Shown here: positions 26,455-35,472 of the stretch, piece after piece
Numbering within the stretch: the stretch's first letter is position 1
Layout: every line of letters begins with the position of its first letter
Source of the DNA: Candidatus Krumholzibacteriota bacterium
GTDB lineage: Bacteria; Krumholzibacteriota; Krumholzibacteriia; JAJRXK01
Assembly (NCBI GenBank): GCA_963727455.1
Contig: CAVSGG010000006.1
Span: forward strand, 64,001-128,000
Reading direction: 5' to 3'
DNA length: 64,000 nucleotides
The notes under the pieces: model-generated
What the model saw: the letters and a program-made list of their open reading frames with translations, nothing else
Told to the model about the DNA's origin: nothing
The model's database searches: none
Made by a program: the position numbers and the translations under genes

Positions 26455-27612
26455 TTAGTTGCCGACCATCGTCGCGTTCAAGAAGCTTAGCACATCGCCG
26501 ATGGGGTTGGCAATCGCCGCAGTCCGGCTACCCGCAAACAGCAAACCCACCGCGCGCGGGTTGTTGCTGACGTCTTCGACCATGAGAGAACCGCTGTCCC
26601 CGCTGTCGAGGAAGCTCGAGTGCTTCTGGCCAACGACGATCTGGCCGGTGAAGGTCTTGGTGAAGGCCGTACCGCCAGCGCACTCGTTCTCGTAGCTGAT
26701 GCTCACGCTCGCGTTGAGACCGCTCACGCTGGAACGCGAGAGACCCGTCGTGCGACCGCTCTTCTTGACATTTTGGCCCACGAACGCGGCCACGGTCTGG
26801 CTGCTCAGGGTCCCGATCTCGAGGATCGACCCGTCGCTCGACACCATGCCCGGGATGACCTGCGCCACTGCGCAGTCCACGTTGTTGTTGGGCAAGGAAT
26901 GCTTGAGCGAGAGGGTGGCGACGGCCTGTGCGCTTCCGGCGCTGCAGTTCACGTCGATCAGACCCGGCTGAATGATGGGATCGCCATTGCTGGCGGTGCG
27001 GTTGTTACCGCCGCTGACGATGTCGGCCTCAAATACATGCCAGTTCGAGAGTACGTACTGGCTGCCACCGATCTGGATCAAGGAGCCCAGAGTGCCGCCG
27101 CAGCAGTAACCGTTGGCCAGGTCATAGGACCAGCCACCCGAAGTGCCGAGTTCGATGGGAGGAGTCTGGATGGCCGTGTGGCTCACACCGCCGCCGCCGC
27201 CCCCGCCGTGTCCGCCGCCGCCGCCGCCACCGCCCGGAGGGCCTTTCATGGCGACGAGATGACCCACCACCATCTGCTTCACCTTCAAGCCCTGGATGCG
27301 GGCGGGGAAGGTGGCGGAGGGTACGGCAGTCTCAGTGAGCACGAGGAGCACGGGTGCGCCGTTGTCATCCACGCCCGTCGCCGTTCCCACGACCTGATTG
27401 GTCGCCATGAGGACCGGTGTGTTCTTGAGCTGAACGTCCATCGCAGCCTGCATGGCCGTGTTGGAACGGCTATACAGCTGCGAGAGTTCGGCTTGATTCT
27501 GGGTTTGCGGTCCGGTGAGGGTGCTCGAGTCGTTCGAGCAGCCAACCCAGGCCAAGGAAATGATGAGCAGAACAGCGAGAATTCCACTCATCCTGCGACG
27601 GTTCATCTGCAT
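26455..27612 (-). CDS. Lipoprotein trypsin-like (S1, Nal1-like) serine protease
   Basis: Lipobox WVGC; GGTLG; catalytic triad in SNWHV, VDCA and GDSGS; KSGRTTG; VGLLFAGS; poly-Gly linker after the prodomain. Confidence 0.88.
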   Translation of the reverse strand: MQMNRRRMSGILAVLLIISLAWVGCSNDSSTLTGPQTQNQAELSQLYSRSNTAMQAAMDVQLKNTPVLMATNQVVGTATGVDDNGAPVLLVLTETAVPSATFPARIQGLKVKQMVVGHLVAMKGPPGGGGGGGGHGGGGGGGVSHTAIQTPPIELGTSGGWSYDLANGYCCGGTLGSLIQIGGSQYVLSNWHVFEADIVSGGNNRTASNGDPIIQPGLIDVNCSAGSAQAVATLSLKHSLPNNNVDCAVAQVIPGMVSSDGSILEIGTLSSQTVAAFVGQNVKKSGRTTGLSRSSVSGLNASVSISYENECAGGTAFTKTFTGQIVVGQKHSSFLDSGDSGSLMVEDVSNNPRAVGLLFAGSRTAAIANPIGDVLSFLNATMVGN

Positions 27613-27668
27613 GGAGTCATCCTCCTCCAGTGGCGAGAGAGTAGTTGTTCTGAAGGAATACGAGATTT

Positions 27669-27700
27669 CGATTAGATCACTTGTTCGAAATCGCTGTCAA
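27669..27700 (-). promoter_or_regulatory. Putative promoter TTGACA-N18-TCTAATCG of the protease gene
   Basis: Overlapped by a GATTTCGA/TCGAAATC inverted repeat; a second inverted repeat GTTTAAAT/ATTTAAAC lies nearby. Confidence 0.45.
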
Positions 27701-27887
27701 GGGCTCTACTCCGTTTAAATACACTCCGCCAGTGAATTTAAACCGGATCCGAATCTTTTCCTTTTCGTTCTCTGCGCTTCAGGGCAATCTTGGGAACGCG
27801 GTGTGAGGGATGCGGAGGCCCGTCTCCTCGCGCGGCGCATACAGATCGTTTTGGCAGGAAAACCCCACGCGCAAGGGGCATACGCTC

Positions 27888-29357
27888 ATGAATCGCTCAC
27901 ACCGTCTCGGACTCTTTCTCCTTGTCGGGATACTCCTGTTGGCCCCGGCGGCCTTTGCCCAAGTAGAGGGCCCTCATCTCGGGTTTTCCGTCCAGGGAGG
28001 GCGAAACTTCTGGACCGGGGGCAAGCCTCTCGAGAGCGATTTCATCTATGGTGGCCGCCTCGCGCTGATGCCCTGGTCACGGGTGGGGGTCGAGGGCACG
28101 CTCGAGTTGCATCCGACGCAGAATGCCGGGGGCGATGACTTCCGGGTGACGCATCTCAGCGCGAACGCCATCGTCGAGATTCTTCCCTTTCAACGTTTCA
28201 ATCCTTATGTCACGGCGGGTCTCGTGCGTCTTCATGTCGATGATTTGAGTGCGGGCGAGGAAAACTGGAACGGATGGGAATTCGGAGGCGGCGTCCTGGT
28301 GGCTCTCGCGAACGCCGAGGGACGTCGCGTCGATTTGAGAGTGGATTTGCGGCGCGTGGTAACTGAGCGCAAGAATGCTGGACCCAACGACGACAACTTT
28401 CCCACGAATTGGATTGCCACCCTCGGCTTGCGCTTCGCATTCGGCGCCAATGCCGCCGACGGTGACGCGGACGGGGTGCCCGACCGCAAAGATCGCTGCG
28501 CCGGAACTCCCCGCATGGCATCCGTCGACGAATACGGTTGTCCGACCGATGGCGACAACGACGGCGTCTTCGATGGTCTCGACCGCTGCCCGGACACGCC
28601 CCAGGGCGCGAAAGTGGACGAGGACGGCTGTCCGGTCGACAGCGACGGGGACGGTGTCTACGACCTCTTGGATCGTTGCCCCAATACCACTCCCGGCGTA
28701 CCGGTGGACGAGATGGGATGCGCGCTCGACGCGGATCAAGATGGTGTACCCGACGGGATCGATCGTTGTCCCGACACCAAAGAGGGCGAAAAGGTCGACA
28801 AGTGGGGCTGCGAAGTGGACAACGACGGCGACGGCGTGCCCGACCGCATCGACCGCTGTCCGGGTACCCCGCCCAAGGTCGCGGTGGACGAGCGGGGATG
28901 TCCCATTCCTCAGAGCGCGCGTGAAATTCAGTTACTCGATACAGGGCTGCTGCGTTTGAACAATGTGCAGTTCGAGAGCGCGAAAGCAGAGATCAAGCCG
29001 GAATCGTATCCCGCTCTGACCGACGTCGCCAAGATCCTGGTGAAGTGGCCTAGCCTGCGGATCGAGATTGGTGGACACACCGATTCGAGAGGTTCGGCCG
29101 AGTTCAATCAGAAACTGAGCGAGGCGCGCGCGCAAGCGGTCTTCAATTGGCTGACGGAAAACTTTCCTCAGCTGCGCGCGGAGCAGTTCTTGATTCGCGG
29201 CTACGGTGAGAGCCAGAGTATCGCAGACAACGCAACGGCAGAGGGTCGCGCACTCAACCGTCGCGTGGAATTCAAGGTTCTCAATCGGGAGGTTTTGCGC
29301 CACGAGGTTCCGTTGAACCCCGAGGAAGGCTCGAAAATCAACCCTAAGAAGCCTTGA
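27888..29357 (+). CDS. OmpA family protein with beta-barrel, thrombospondin type-3 (DxDxDG..D..D.CP) repeats and peptidoglycan-binding domain
   Basis: Five DxDxDGVxDxxDRC repeats; GHTDSRGS, LSEARA, GYGE, NRRVEF. Confidence 0.92.
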   Translation: MNRSHRLGLFLLVGILLLAPAAFAQVEGPHLGFSVQGGRNFWTGGKPLESDFIYGGRLALMPWSRVGVEGTLELHPTQNAGGDDFRVTHLSANAIVEILPFQRFNPYVTAGLVRLHVDDLSAGEENWNGWEFGGGVLVALANAEGRRVDLRVDLRRVVTERKNAGPNDDNFPTNWIATLGLRFAFGANAADGDADGVPDRKDRCAGTPRMASVDEYGCPTDGDNDGVFDGLDRCPDTPQGAKVDEDGCPVDSDGDGVYDLLDRCPNTTPGVPVDEMGCALDADQDGVPDGIDRCPDTKEGEKVDKWGCEVDNDGDGVPDRIDRCPGTPPKVAVDERGCPIPQSAREIQLLDTGLLRLNNVQFESAKAEIKPESYPALTDVAKILVKWPSLRIEIGGHTDSRGSAEFNQKLSEARAQAVFNWLTENFPQLRAEQFLIRGYGESQSIADNATAEGRALNRRVEFKVLNREVLRHEVPLNPEEGSKINPKKP

Positions 29358-29410
29358 TCGTGGAGAATTGAGCGCGACGGGAGTTCTTGATTTCTAAAAG
29401 GAGATCTGCC

Positions 29411-29824
29411 ATGACCGTTCAGATTTCTCGCGTCGATTATTACTATGCCAGCACCGAGGATCGACCGGGTGCGACCTACCAGATCTTGCACGCCTTGGCG
29501 GAAGCCGGTGTGAGCATGCTGGCGTTCAGCGCGATGCCGGTAGGACCGAGCAGGGCCCAGCTCACGCTCTTTCCCGCCGAGAGCGACGGGCTTCTGCGCG
29601 TGGCTCCACGTTTGGGTCTGAGTCTCTCACAGCCGCAGCGAGCAATTCTGGTGGAAGGTGAAGACGAGCTGGGCGCGCTGGGTGAGGTACACCGCAAACT
29701 CTACGATGCCAAGGTGAACGTCTTTGCTTCCAGCGGAGTCACCGCGGGACAGGGGCGCTTCGGCTATCTCTTGTACGTGAGACCGGAAGACTACGAACGC
29801 GCGGCCAGCGTGCTGGGGATCTAG
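29411..29824 (+). CDS. Tandem ACT-domain protein
   Basis: EDRPG...LAEAGVSM and EDELGAL...LYDAKVNV ACT-like repeats; AAGGAG RBS. Confidence 0.75.
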   Translation: MTVQISRVDYYYASTEDRPGATYQILHALAEAGVSMLAFSAMPVGPSRAQLTLFPAESDGLLRVAPRLGLSLSQPQRAILVEGEDELGALGEVHRKLYDAKVNVFASSGVTAGQGRFGYLLYVRPEDYERAASVLGI

Positions 29825-29843
29825 AACGCGAGGCCATCGCGCG

Positions 29844-30182
29844 TCAGAAGGAGGCGAGTGCCTCTTTCTCGCTCGGGTAGATCCCGATGACTTTGTCGAA
29901 GCGCGTGGTGGCGAAGATGTGCGCGATGCGCTCGTTGGGTTGACACATCTTGATCGTGCCCCCCTCATCGCGAATGGCGTGATAGACGGCCACGATGAAT
30001 CCCAGGCCTGTAGAGTTGATCCACCTGAGCTCAGAGAGATTCAAGAGGATGCGCCGCGTACCGGCGTCGATGGTCTTCTGTACGCCCCCCTTGAAGGTCG
30101 CGTCGTCCGCCGGACCTCCCCGCAGTTCTCCCAAAAGGTCGAAGATGACGACGTCGCCTTCGTCGCGTTGCCGCATATCCAT
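29844..30182 (-). CDS. STAS domain anti-sigma factor antagonist
   Basis: ILLNLSELRWINSTGLG (DSxG-type phosphorylation site), IYPSEKEALASF. Confidence 0.88.
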   Translation of the reverse strand: MDMRQRDEGDVVIFDLLGELRGGPADDATFKGGVQKTIDAGTRRILLNLSELRWINSTGLGFIVAVYHAIRDEGGTIKMCQPNERIAHIFATTRFDKVIGIYPSEKEALASF

Positions 30183-30234
30183 GGGATCGCCTCCCTGAAA
30201 CCAATTTCTTCCTCGAACCAAATAATAGTCCGCT

Positions 30235-30750
30235 CTACCGCCTCAAGCCAAGCTCACTCGACGCGCGTTCCCAGACTTGGAAGGTGAACGCGGGGCCGCC
30301 TTCGCTCTCGGCCCCGTGAGCTTCCTCCCACACCAGCTGCCATTCCCGCTTGGGGAGCTCGGGGAAGCTCGCGTCTCCCTCAACTACGCAATGCATGCGC
30401 GTGAGATGCACTTTCTCTGCATGCGGGAGGGCCAGGCGGTAGATCTGGGCTCCCCCCACCACGAAGACCTCGTCCTCCTCGGCCGCCTCGCAGACCGAAA
30501 CCAGCTCCGCCCAGCTCGTAGCCACGCGCGCGCCCTCGATGCTCAGATCCCGATCGCGCGTGAGCACCACGGTTCTTCGTCCGGGAAGGGGCCGCCCCAC
30601 CGAGTCGAAGGTCTTGCGGCCCATGAGCAGGCAGTGTCCCATGGTGATCTTCTTGAAGCGCTTGAGGTCGGAGGAAACGTGCCAGGGCAGCTCCCCGGCG
30701 TTTCCGATGATCCCATTTTCTGAGACTGCCACGACGATGGTGAATTTCAT
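30235..30750 (-). CDS. folA: Dihydrofolate reductase
   Basis: [43 protein letters not shown]. Start MKFTI at 30750 overlaps the thyA stop. Confidence 0.95.
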   Translation of the reverse strand: MKFTIVVAVSENGIIGNAGELPWHVSSDLKRFKKITMGHCLLMGRKTFDSVGRPLPGRRTVVLTRDRDLSIEGARVATSWAELVSVCEAAEEDEVFVVGGAQIYRLALPHAEKVHLTRMHCVVEGDASFPELPKREWQLVWEEAHGAESEGGPAFTFQVWERASSELGLRR

Positions 30751-31541
30751 ATGGCGACCGGAGCCGGGATGTGTGGATGCGGCTCGTATCCCTCGAGCTT
30801 GAAATCCCCGTACACGAAGTCGCCGAGCTTGCGCCTGGCGGGATTGAGGTTCATTCGAGGCAGCGCGCGGGGCACTCGTTCCAGTTGAAGACGGGCCTGA
30901 TCGAAGTGGTTGGCGTAGAGATGCACGTCTCCAAAAGTGTGGATGAATTCGCCCGGTTCGAGCTTCGAGACCTGCGCCACCATCAAGGTGAGCAAGGCAT
31001 AACTGGCGATGTTGAAAGGGACTCCGAGAAATACGTCGGCGCTGCGCTGATAGAGCTGGCAGGAAAGCTTGCCCCGCGCCACGTAGAACTGGAAGAGGCA
31101 GTGACAGGGAGGCAGGGCCATCTGCTCGATCTGGCCCACGTTCCAGGCACACACCAGATGCCGGCGGCTGTCCGGATTTTCTTCAAGCCCCCGCAAGAGT
31201 TGGCCGATCTGATCGATGTGCCGCCCATCCGGAGTGGGCCAGCTTCGCCACTGGTAGCCGTAGATGGGTCCGAGATCGCCGTTTTCATCGGCCCATTCGT
31301 CCCAGATTCTCACCCGGTTCTCGCGCAGATAGGCCACGTTCGTTTCGCCCCGCAAAAACCACAGCAGCTCGTGGATGATGCTGCGCAGATGCAGCTTCTT
31401 GGTCGTCAAGAGCGGAAAGCCCTCCGCCAGATCGAAGCGCATCTGATGTCCGAACAGACTTCGGGTGCCCGTGCCGGTGCGATCGGGCTTGTCCGTGCCT
31501 TCGTCGAGGATTTTTTGCAGCAATTCGAGATAGAGACGCAC
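30747..31541 (-). CDS. thyA: Thymidylate synthase
   Basis: [38 protein letters not shown]; the GTG start gives 264 aa. Confidence 0.97.
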   Translation of the reverse strand: MRLYLELLQKILDEGTDKPDRTGTGTRSLFGHQMRFDLAEGFPLLTTKKLHLRSIIHELLWFLRGETNVAYLRENRVRIWDEWADENGDLGPIYGYQWRSWPTPDGRHIDQIGQLLRGLEENPDSRRHLVCAWNVGQIEQMALPPCHCLFQFYVARGKLSCQLYQRSADVFLGVPFNIASYALLTLMVAQVSKLEPGEFIHTFGDVHLYANHFDQARLQLERVPRALPRMNLNPARRKLGDFVYGDFKLEGYEPHPHIPAPVAI

Positions 31542-31725
31542 CGAAATTCTCGCAGACAAAACGAGGAACGAGGAAGCTCAGGCGTTGCTGGGCCCATGGT
31601 ACGCGGAATCGGCGGCGCCGGGCAAGCCGGCGATTGACGCTTGCCGGAAGCGGGCGTAGGCTTCGCCTTCGAAGCATCCGGCTCTGACCCGGGAGATCTC
31701 CAGCTCCGTCAAGGAGGACCATTCG

Positions 31726-32073
31726 ATGACCCACATCGTCACCGCTCGTTGCATAGACTGCCGCTACACCGACTGTGTCGAAGCTTGTCCGGTCGATTGT
31801 TTCTGGGAGATTCAGGATCCTCACATGCTGGTAATCGACCCCGATACGTGTATCGACTGTACTCTCTGCGTCGAGGAGTGCCCGATCCGGGCGATTTGGC
31901 CCGAGGACGATCTTCCCGAGGAATATGCGGAATGGACGGACAAGAACCGTGATCTTTTCGAGGGTGGAACGAACGTCACCGAAATGACGGGTCCGCTCGA
32001 CGGAGCCAAGACTCTCGAGCAGATTCACGAAGAGGAAGAGGCGAAGGGCTGGGATATCGCCGACCCCGCCTGA
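31726..32073 (+). CDS. fdxA: 7Fe-type ferredoxin (FdxA-like)
   Basis: CIDCRYTDCVEACPVDC and CIDCTLCVEECP; AAGGAGG RBS. Confidence 0.88.
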   Translation: MTHIVTARCIDCRYTDCVEACPVDCFWEIQDPHMLVIDPDTCIDCTLCVEECPIRAIWPEDDLPEEYAEWTDKNRDLFEGGTNVTEMTGPLDGAKTLEQIHEEEEAKGWDIADPA

Positions 32074-32114
32074 GGTAGCTACCCCGGCCGCCTCGCTTCC
32101 ACCGCTTCGACCAT

Positions 32115-33587
32115 TCAGTCACTCAGCGGAAAATCCCGCAGTGTGCCGCGTACGGGGTCTCCGATGCGCAGGCGGTGGTTGTTCGTATCGCATATCAACA
32201 GCTCCTCGCCCCAAAGATCCACTCCCTGCGGCTCGTAAAGATCGCTCGCGTCACCGCTCCCCAGGACGGTCCGCACCTCGAGACTTTCCAGATCGATGGA
32301 TTTGATCTTGTTGTTGAAGGTATCTGCCAGGTAGACCCGAGGCCGGCCCTGATCAAAGCCGACGCAGACATGCATGGGGTGCTGGAGCCGCGCCTCCAGC
32401 GCGGTTCCGTCCCGATCGCCAAAGTCGAAGAGGCCCTGGCCGGTGAGGGTCTCCACTTTCTGGCTCTCCAGATCGATCGCGCGAATGCTTGAGACCTCGC
32501 TGTCGGCGACGAAGAGATAGCGCCCCAACAGAGCCAGGCCGCTGGGTTGGGCGAAGGAGGCCTCGCGCAGCGGGCCGTCTCGGTGATCCTCCAGTCCGTT
32601 GCCGGCGAAAGGACCGAAGATCTCCCGCTTGGGATCGTAGAGCCAAATCTGATGACTCCCGGCCATGGCCAAGAGCGCGATTCCGTCGCTCGTGCACACA
32701 TCCCAGGGAGAACGAAGCGCCATGTCGCCGGGCGCGGGGGAGACCCCGAGCGGCTCTCCGAGCCACAGCTTGCCCGATCCGGCCAGGGCCGTAATGCTGC
32801 CCGAGTCCAGGTTCACGCTCAGGAGCATGTGCTGGCCAGGATCGGCTACGAGCAGCTGATCTACGAGAACGGCCATGCCCTCAGGCGCAACGAACCGCAG
32901 GGGGCCGCTTTCCCCGAAGGCGCGCAGAATGCGCCCGTCCAAGCTGACTTGCAGCACCCGATGGTTGCCGGTATCGGCGATGTACAAATGTTCTTCGTGG
33001 ACCAGTACCTTTCCGGGGAAGCGCAGGGTGTCGCCCCCAGAAGAGGAACTCGGCTCGCGCCCCGATCCGCCTTCGGCCAACTCAGGTCGCGGCCGGTAGG
33101 GCTCGCTCGCAAGCGAGCCGTCTTTCACTCCCTCGGCCAGCAGCTCATCGATCTTGGTTGCGAGTTCCTCGGCACCGATTTCGCCCGGGAGGGTCTCCCG
33201 CAGTCGCCCTTTGCTGTCGATCAATGCCAGAGTGGGCCAGCCCTTCACTCCGTAAGCTCGCCACAGCGCGTGCTCGTTGTCGACCAGCACGGGATGTTGG
33301 ATGTGGTGACGCTCGATCGCGGCGCGCAGATTATCGAGTTCGCGTTCCGAATCGAACTTGGCGGCATGCACCCCGACCACGGCAACTGCTCGCTTCGCAT
33401 AGCGCCGCTCGATCGCGTCCAGAACCGGCAGGATGTGCATGCAGTTGACACAGCAGTATGTCCAGAAATCCAGAATGACGACGTGTCCGCGCAACTCCTC
33501 TTCCCTGCGGAGCGCTTGCGCTGTGTTGAGCCAGACCGCAGGGCTCGGAAATAAGGGTGCAGTTTCAAAATCTTTCGGCATGCTCAT
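32115..33587 (-). CDS. Thioredoxin-like plus NHL-repeat protein (NHLRC2/SOQ1-like)
   Basis: DFWTYCCVNCMH, ADTGNHR, AMAGSHQIW, FAQPSG, ADSEVSSIR, DTNNHR. Confidence 0.9.
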   Translation of the reverse strand: MSMPKDFETAPLFPSPAVWLNTAQALRREEELRGHVVILDFWTYCCVNCMHILPVLDAIERRYAKRAVAVVGVHAAKFDSERELDNLRAAIERHHIQHPVLVDNEHALWRAYGVKGWPTLALIDSKGRLRETLPGEIGAEELATKIDELLAEGVKDGSLASEPYRPRPELAEGGSGREPSSSSGGDTLRFPGKVLVHEEHLYIADTGNHRVLQVSLDGRILRAFGESGPLRFVAPEGMAVLVDQLLVADPGQHMLLSVNLDSGSITALAGSGKLWLGEPLGVSPAPGDMALRSPWDVCTSDGIALLAMAGSHQIWLYDPKREIFGPFAGNGLEDHRDGPLREASFAQPSGLALLGRYLFVADSEVSSIRAIDLESQKVETLTGQGLFDFGDRDGTALEARLQHPMHVCVGFDQGRPRVYLADTFNNKIKSIDLESLEVRTVLGSGDASDLYEPQGVDLWGEELLICDTNNHRLRIGDPVRGTLRDFPLSD

Positions 33588-33707
33588 CCTCTGACTTGAT
33601 CTGAGACTCGGTCTGGCGTTCGCGTTTCCGATTCGGTATCCTGCCCCTAACTTGGCCCTTCGAAGCGATCAGATTCTCATCCCTGCGACCCAGTGGAGGT
33701 TCGTACT

Positions 33708-33971
33708 ATGTCCAAGGGCGGTGTTCTGGGTCTAGCCTTCACTCTCGCGGTGATCTTGTTGGCGGTTTTCGCCGTGCGCGGGGTGCGACGAGTAAATTGT
33801 AAGGTCTGCGTGACCTACGAGCAGCATACTGTCTGCCGCAGCGGCTCCGGACGCAACCGGGAGGACGCGGTAAAGTCGGCGCAGCGCTCCTGTTGCGCCG
33901 AATTGGCCTCGGGAATGACCGAGAGCATCAAATGCGAGAATCTGAAGCCGGACAGCATCGACTGCGACTGA
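33708..33971 (+). CDS. Small membrane-anchored Cys-rich protein
   Basis: GGAGG RBS; N-terminal TM; CKVC, VCR, CCAELASGMTESIKC, DCD. Confidence 0.7.
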   Translation: MSKGGVLGLAFTLAVILLAVFAVRGVRRVNCKVCVTYEQHTVCRSGSGRNREDAVKSAQRSCCAELASGMTESIKCENLKPDSIDCD

Positions 33972-34004
33972 AGCGCGGGGAAATCTCGCGCGCAAGAGAG
34001 AGGC

Positions 34005-34664
34005 TCAGAGTTTGGTTCCGAAGCCGAGTCCGACGTTCACCCCCGCCGGAAACGTTCCGATCCCCAAGCTGAACGCGAACCCGCTTTCCGTGTAGAGAAC
34101 CGCGCCGATCTCCACCACGAACTTCATCGTATCGCGATCCGGCGCGTCGATCCACAGCCTGCCGTCGGGTCCGGCCGTTGGCCTCAGGGCGTCCTTGTAC
34201 TGCGTGAAATTGTGCGAGCGCATGAAACCGAGGCCGCCGTAGGTGTAGAATTCGCGGCTGATACGACGGGTGAGGCCTGCGCGTCCCCCGCCCCAATCAC
34301 GCACGGTCTTCTCGGGCACTCCGCCCAACAGACCCTCCACCGTCTCGCGGTCGAGATCATTGTAATAATAGGTTTCGTCGGAGATGCTACTGGTGGCGAT
34401 CCAGAGGGATCCGTACCCACCCCAGCCCTGCGCCGGAACGTAGTGGACGGCGGCGCCGATCAGGGGCTCCGGAGCCGAGAACATGATGTGCAGGGCCCAG
34501 ATGTGTTTCGGTCCCTCTTGCACGGGAGGGTGGCGCAAGGGCATGGGACGACTCTGGGCACGGGCCGGCTTCTGAGCGGCTGCGAGCAACGCTAGAGCAG
34601 AGATGAGGAGCGCGAGTACGCGGCGCGCGAGGAGAGGACGAAAGCTGAAAAATGCTGTTCGCAT
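34005..34664 (-). CDS. Putative outer-membrane beta-barrel protein
   Basis: Signal peptide; alternating aromatic/Gly strands; C-terminal VNVGLGF. Confidence 0.6.
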   Translation of the reverse strand: MRTAFFSFRPLLARRVLALLISALALLAAAQKPARAQSRPMPLRHPPVQEGPKHIWALHIMFSAPEPLIGAAVHYVPAQGWGGYGSLWIATSSISDETYYYNDLDRETVEGLLGGVPEKTVRDWGGGRAGLTRRISREFYTYGGLGFMRSHNFTQYKDALRPTAGPDGRLWIDAPDRDTMKFVVEIGAVLYTESGFAFSLGIGTFPAGVNVGLGFGTKL

Positions 34665-34670
34665 ACCGGA

Positions 34671-35333
34671 TCAACTACTGAGGAGCCGTACTCCTACCAA
34701 GATGCAGAAGCCTCGTTGCCGAATGGAATTGAGGCGGATGTCAGGACCGAGATCGTCCCCGCCGTAGGCATTCATCACGTTTTGGATGTACCGAAACTCC
34801 ACGAGCCCGCCGATGTGCCGCGTGAATGCGTTGTCCAATCCCATGCCCACCTGAGCCGAGATCACCGTATTATGGAACTTGTCGAAAACGAGAATGTCAT
34901 CGCGGCTGAGCACGAAATCGGCGCTGAAACCCACCAGAAAATAGAGATTCGAAGCTTGGTCAGCGGTTTGAAGTTTGGCTAGCACCGGTACGCTGAGGTA
35001 GTCGAGTCCTCCGTGCTGGGTGATCGTCTCTCCGGTGGGTTGGCCGCCATCGTCCACCACGAGGATCTCCTGCTGGATGTCCTTGGGCATGTAGATCGCC
35101 TCGGTGAGAAGCCGAAAATTGCTGCGGCGGCCAAACTTCCATTCCAGGGAGAGCCCCCCGGTCCCGGTCCAGCGAGCGTCGGGAGAGAAGAGCCGCTGTC
35201 CGCCGAAGTCGTAGTCCTGATTGCCGTTATAGACGCCACCCTTCAATGCGATCGCTCGAAACGGGCTGGCCAGGGCCGAGGTGGCCGTGAGGAGAGCGGC
35301 CAGAAGCACACAACTGATCTTGAGCATTCGCAT
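34671..35333 (-). CDS. Outer-membrane beta-barrel protein (PorT/OMP_b-brl-like)
   Basis: Signal peptide, ALKGGV, LDYLSVPVLAK, VEFRY; GGGAGG RBS. Confidence 0.7.
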   Translation of the reverse strand: MRMLKISCVLLAALLTATSALASPFRAIALKGGVYNGNQDYDFGGQRLFSPDARWTGTGGLSLEWKFGRRSNFRLLTEAIYMPKDIQQEILVVDDGGQPTGETITQHGGLDYLSVPVLAKLQTADQASNLYFLVGFSADFVLSRDDILVFDKFHNTVISAQVGMGLDNAFTRHIGGLVEFRYIQNVMNAYGGDDLGPDIRLNSIRQRGFCILVGVRLLSS

Positions 35334-35472
35334 GAGAGACCTCCCGTGGGCCGAGGCGCTGTGACTTGACGCGGCGGAGCGGACTTTGGACATTCTACGG
35401 GAGGTGATCATCTCTCCCCACCAGATTCTTGACTCGGATCACCCATTCGCCATCCCCTGGGAGTTTTGTTCC

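Noticed and set aside
27188-27236. CCG/GCC trinucleotide run as a contingency repeat
   Set aside because: It encodes an in-frame poly-Gly linker in the protease, so length changes would not shift the frame.
28455-28905. Periodic ~87-90-bp DNA repeats
   Set aside because: They are the coding thrombospondin type-3 repeats of the OmpA protein.
30751-31152. Apparent long N-terminal extension on DHFR (a ThyA-DHFR fusion or frameshift)
   Set aside because: It is an off-frame read-through of thyA. folA starts at 30750 overlapping the thyA stop, the usual arrangement.
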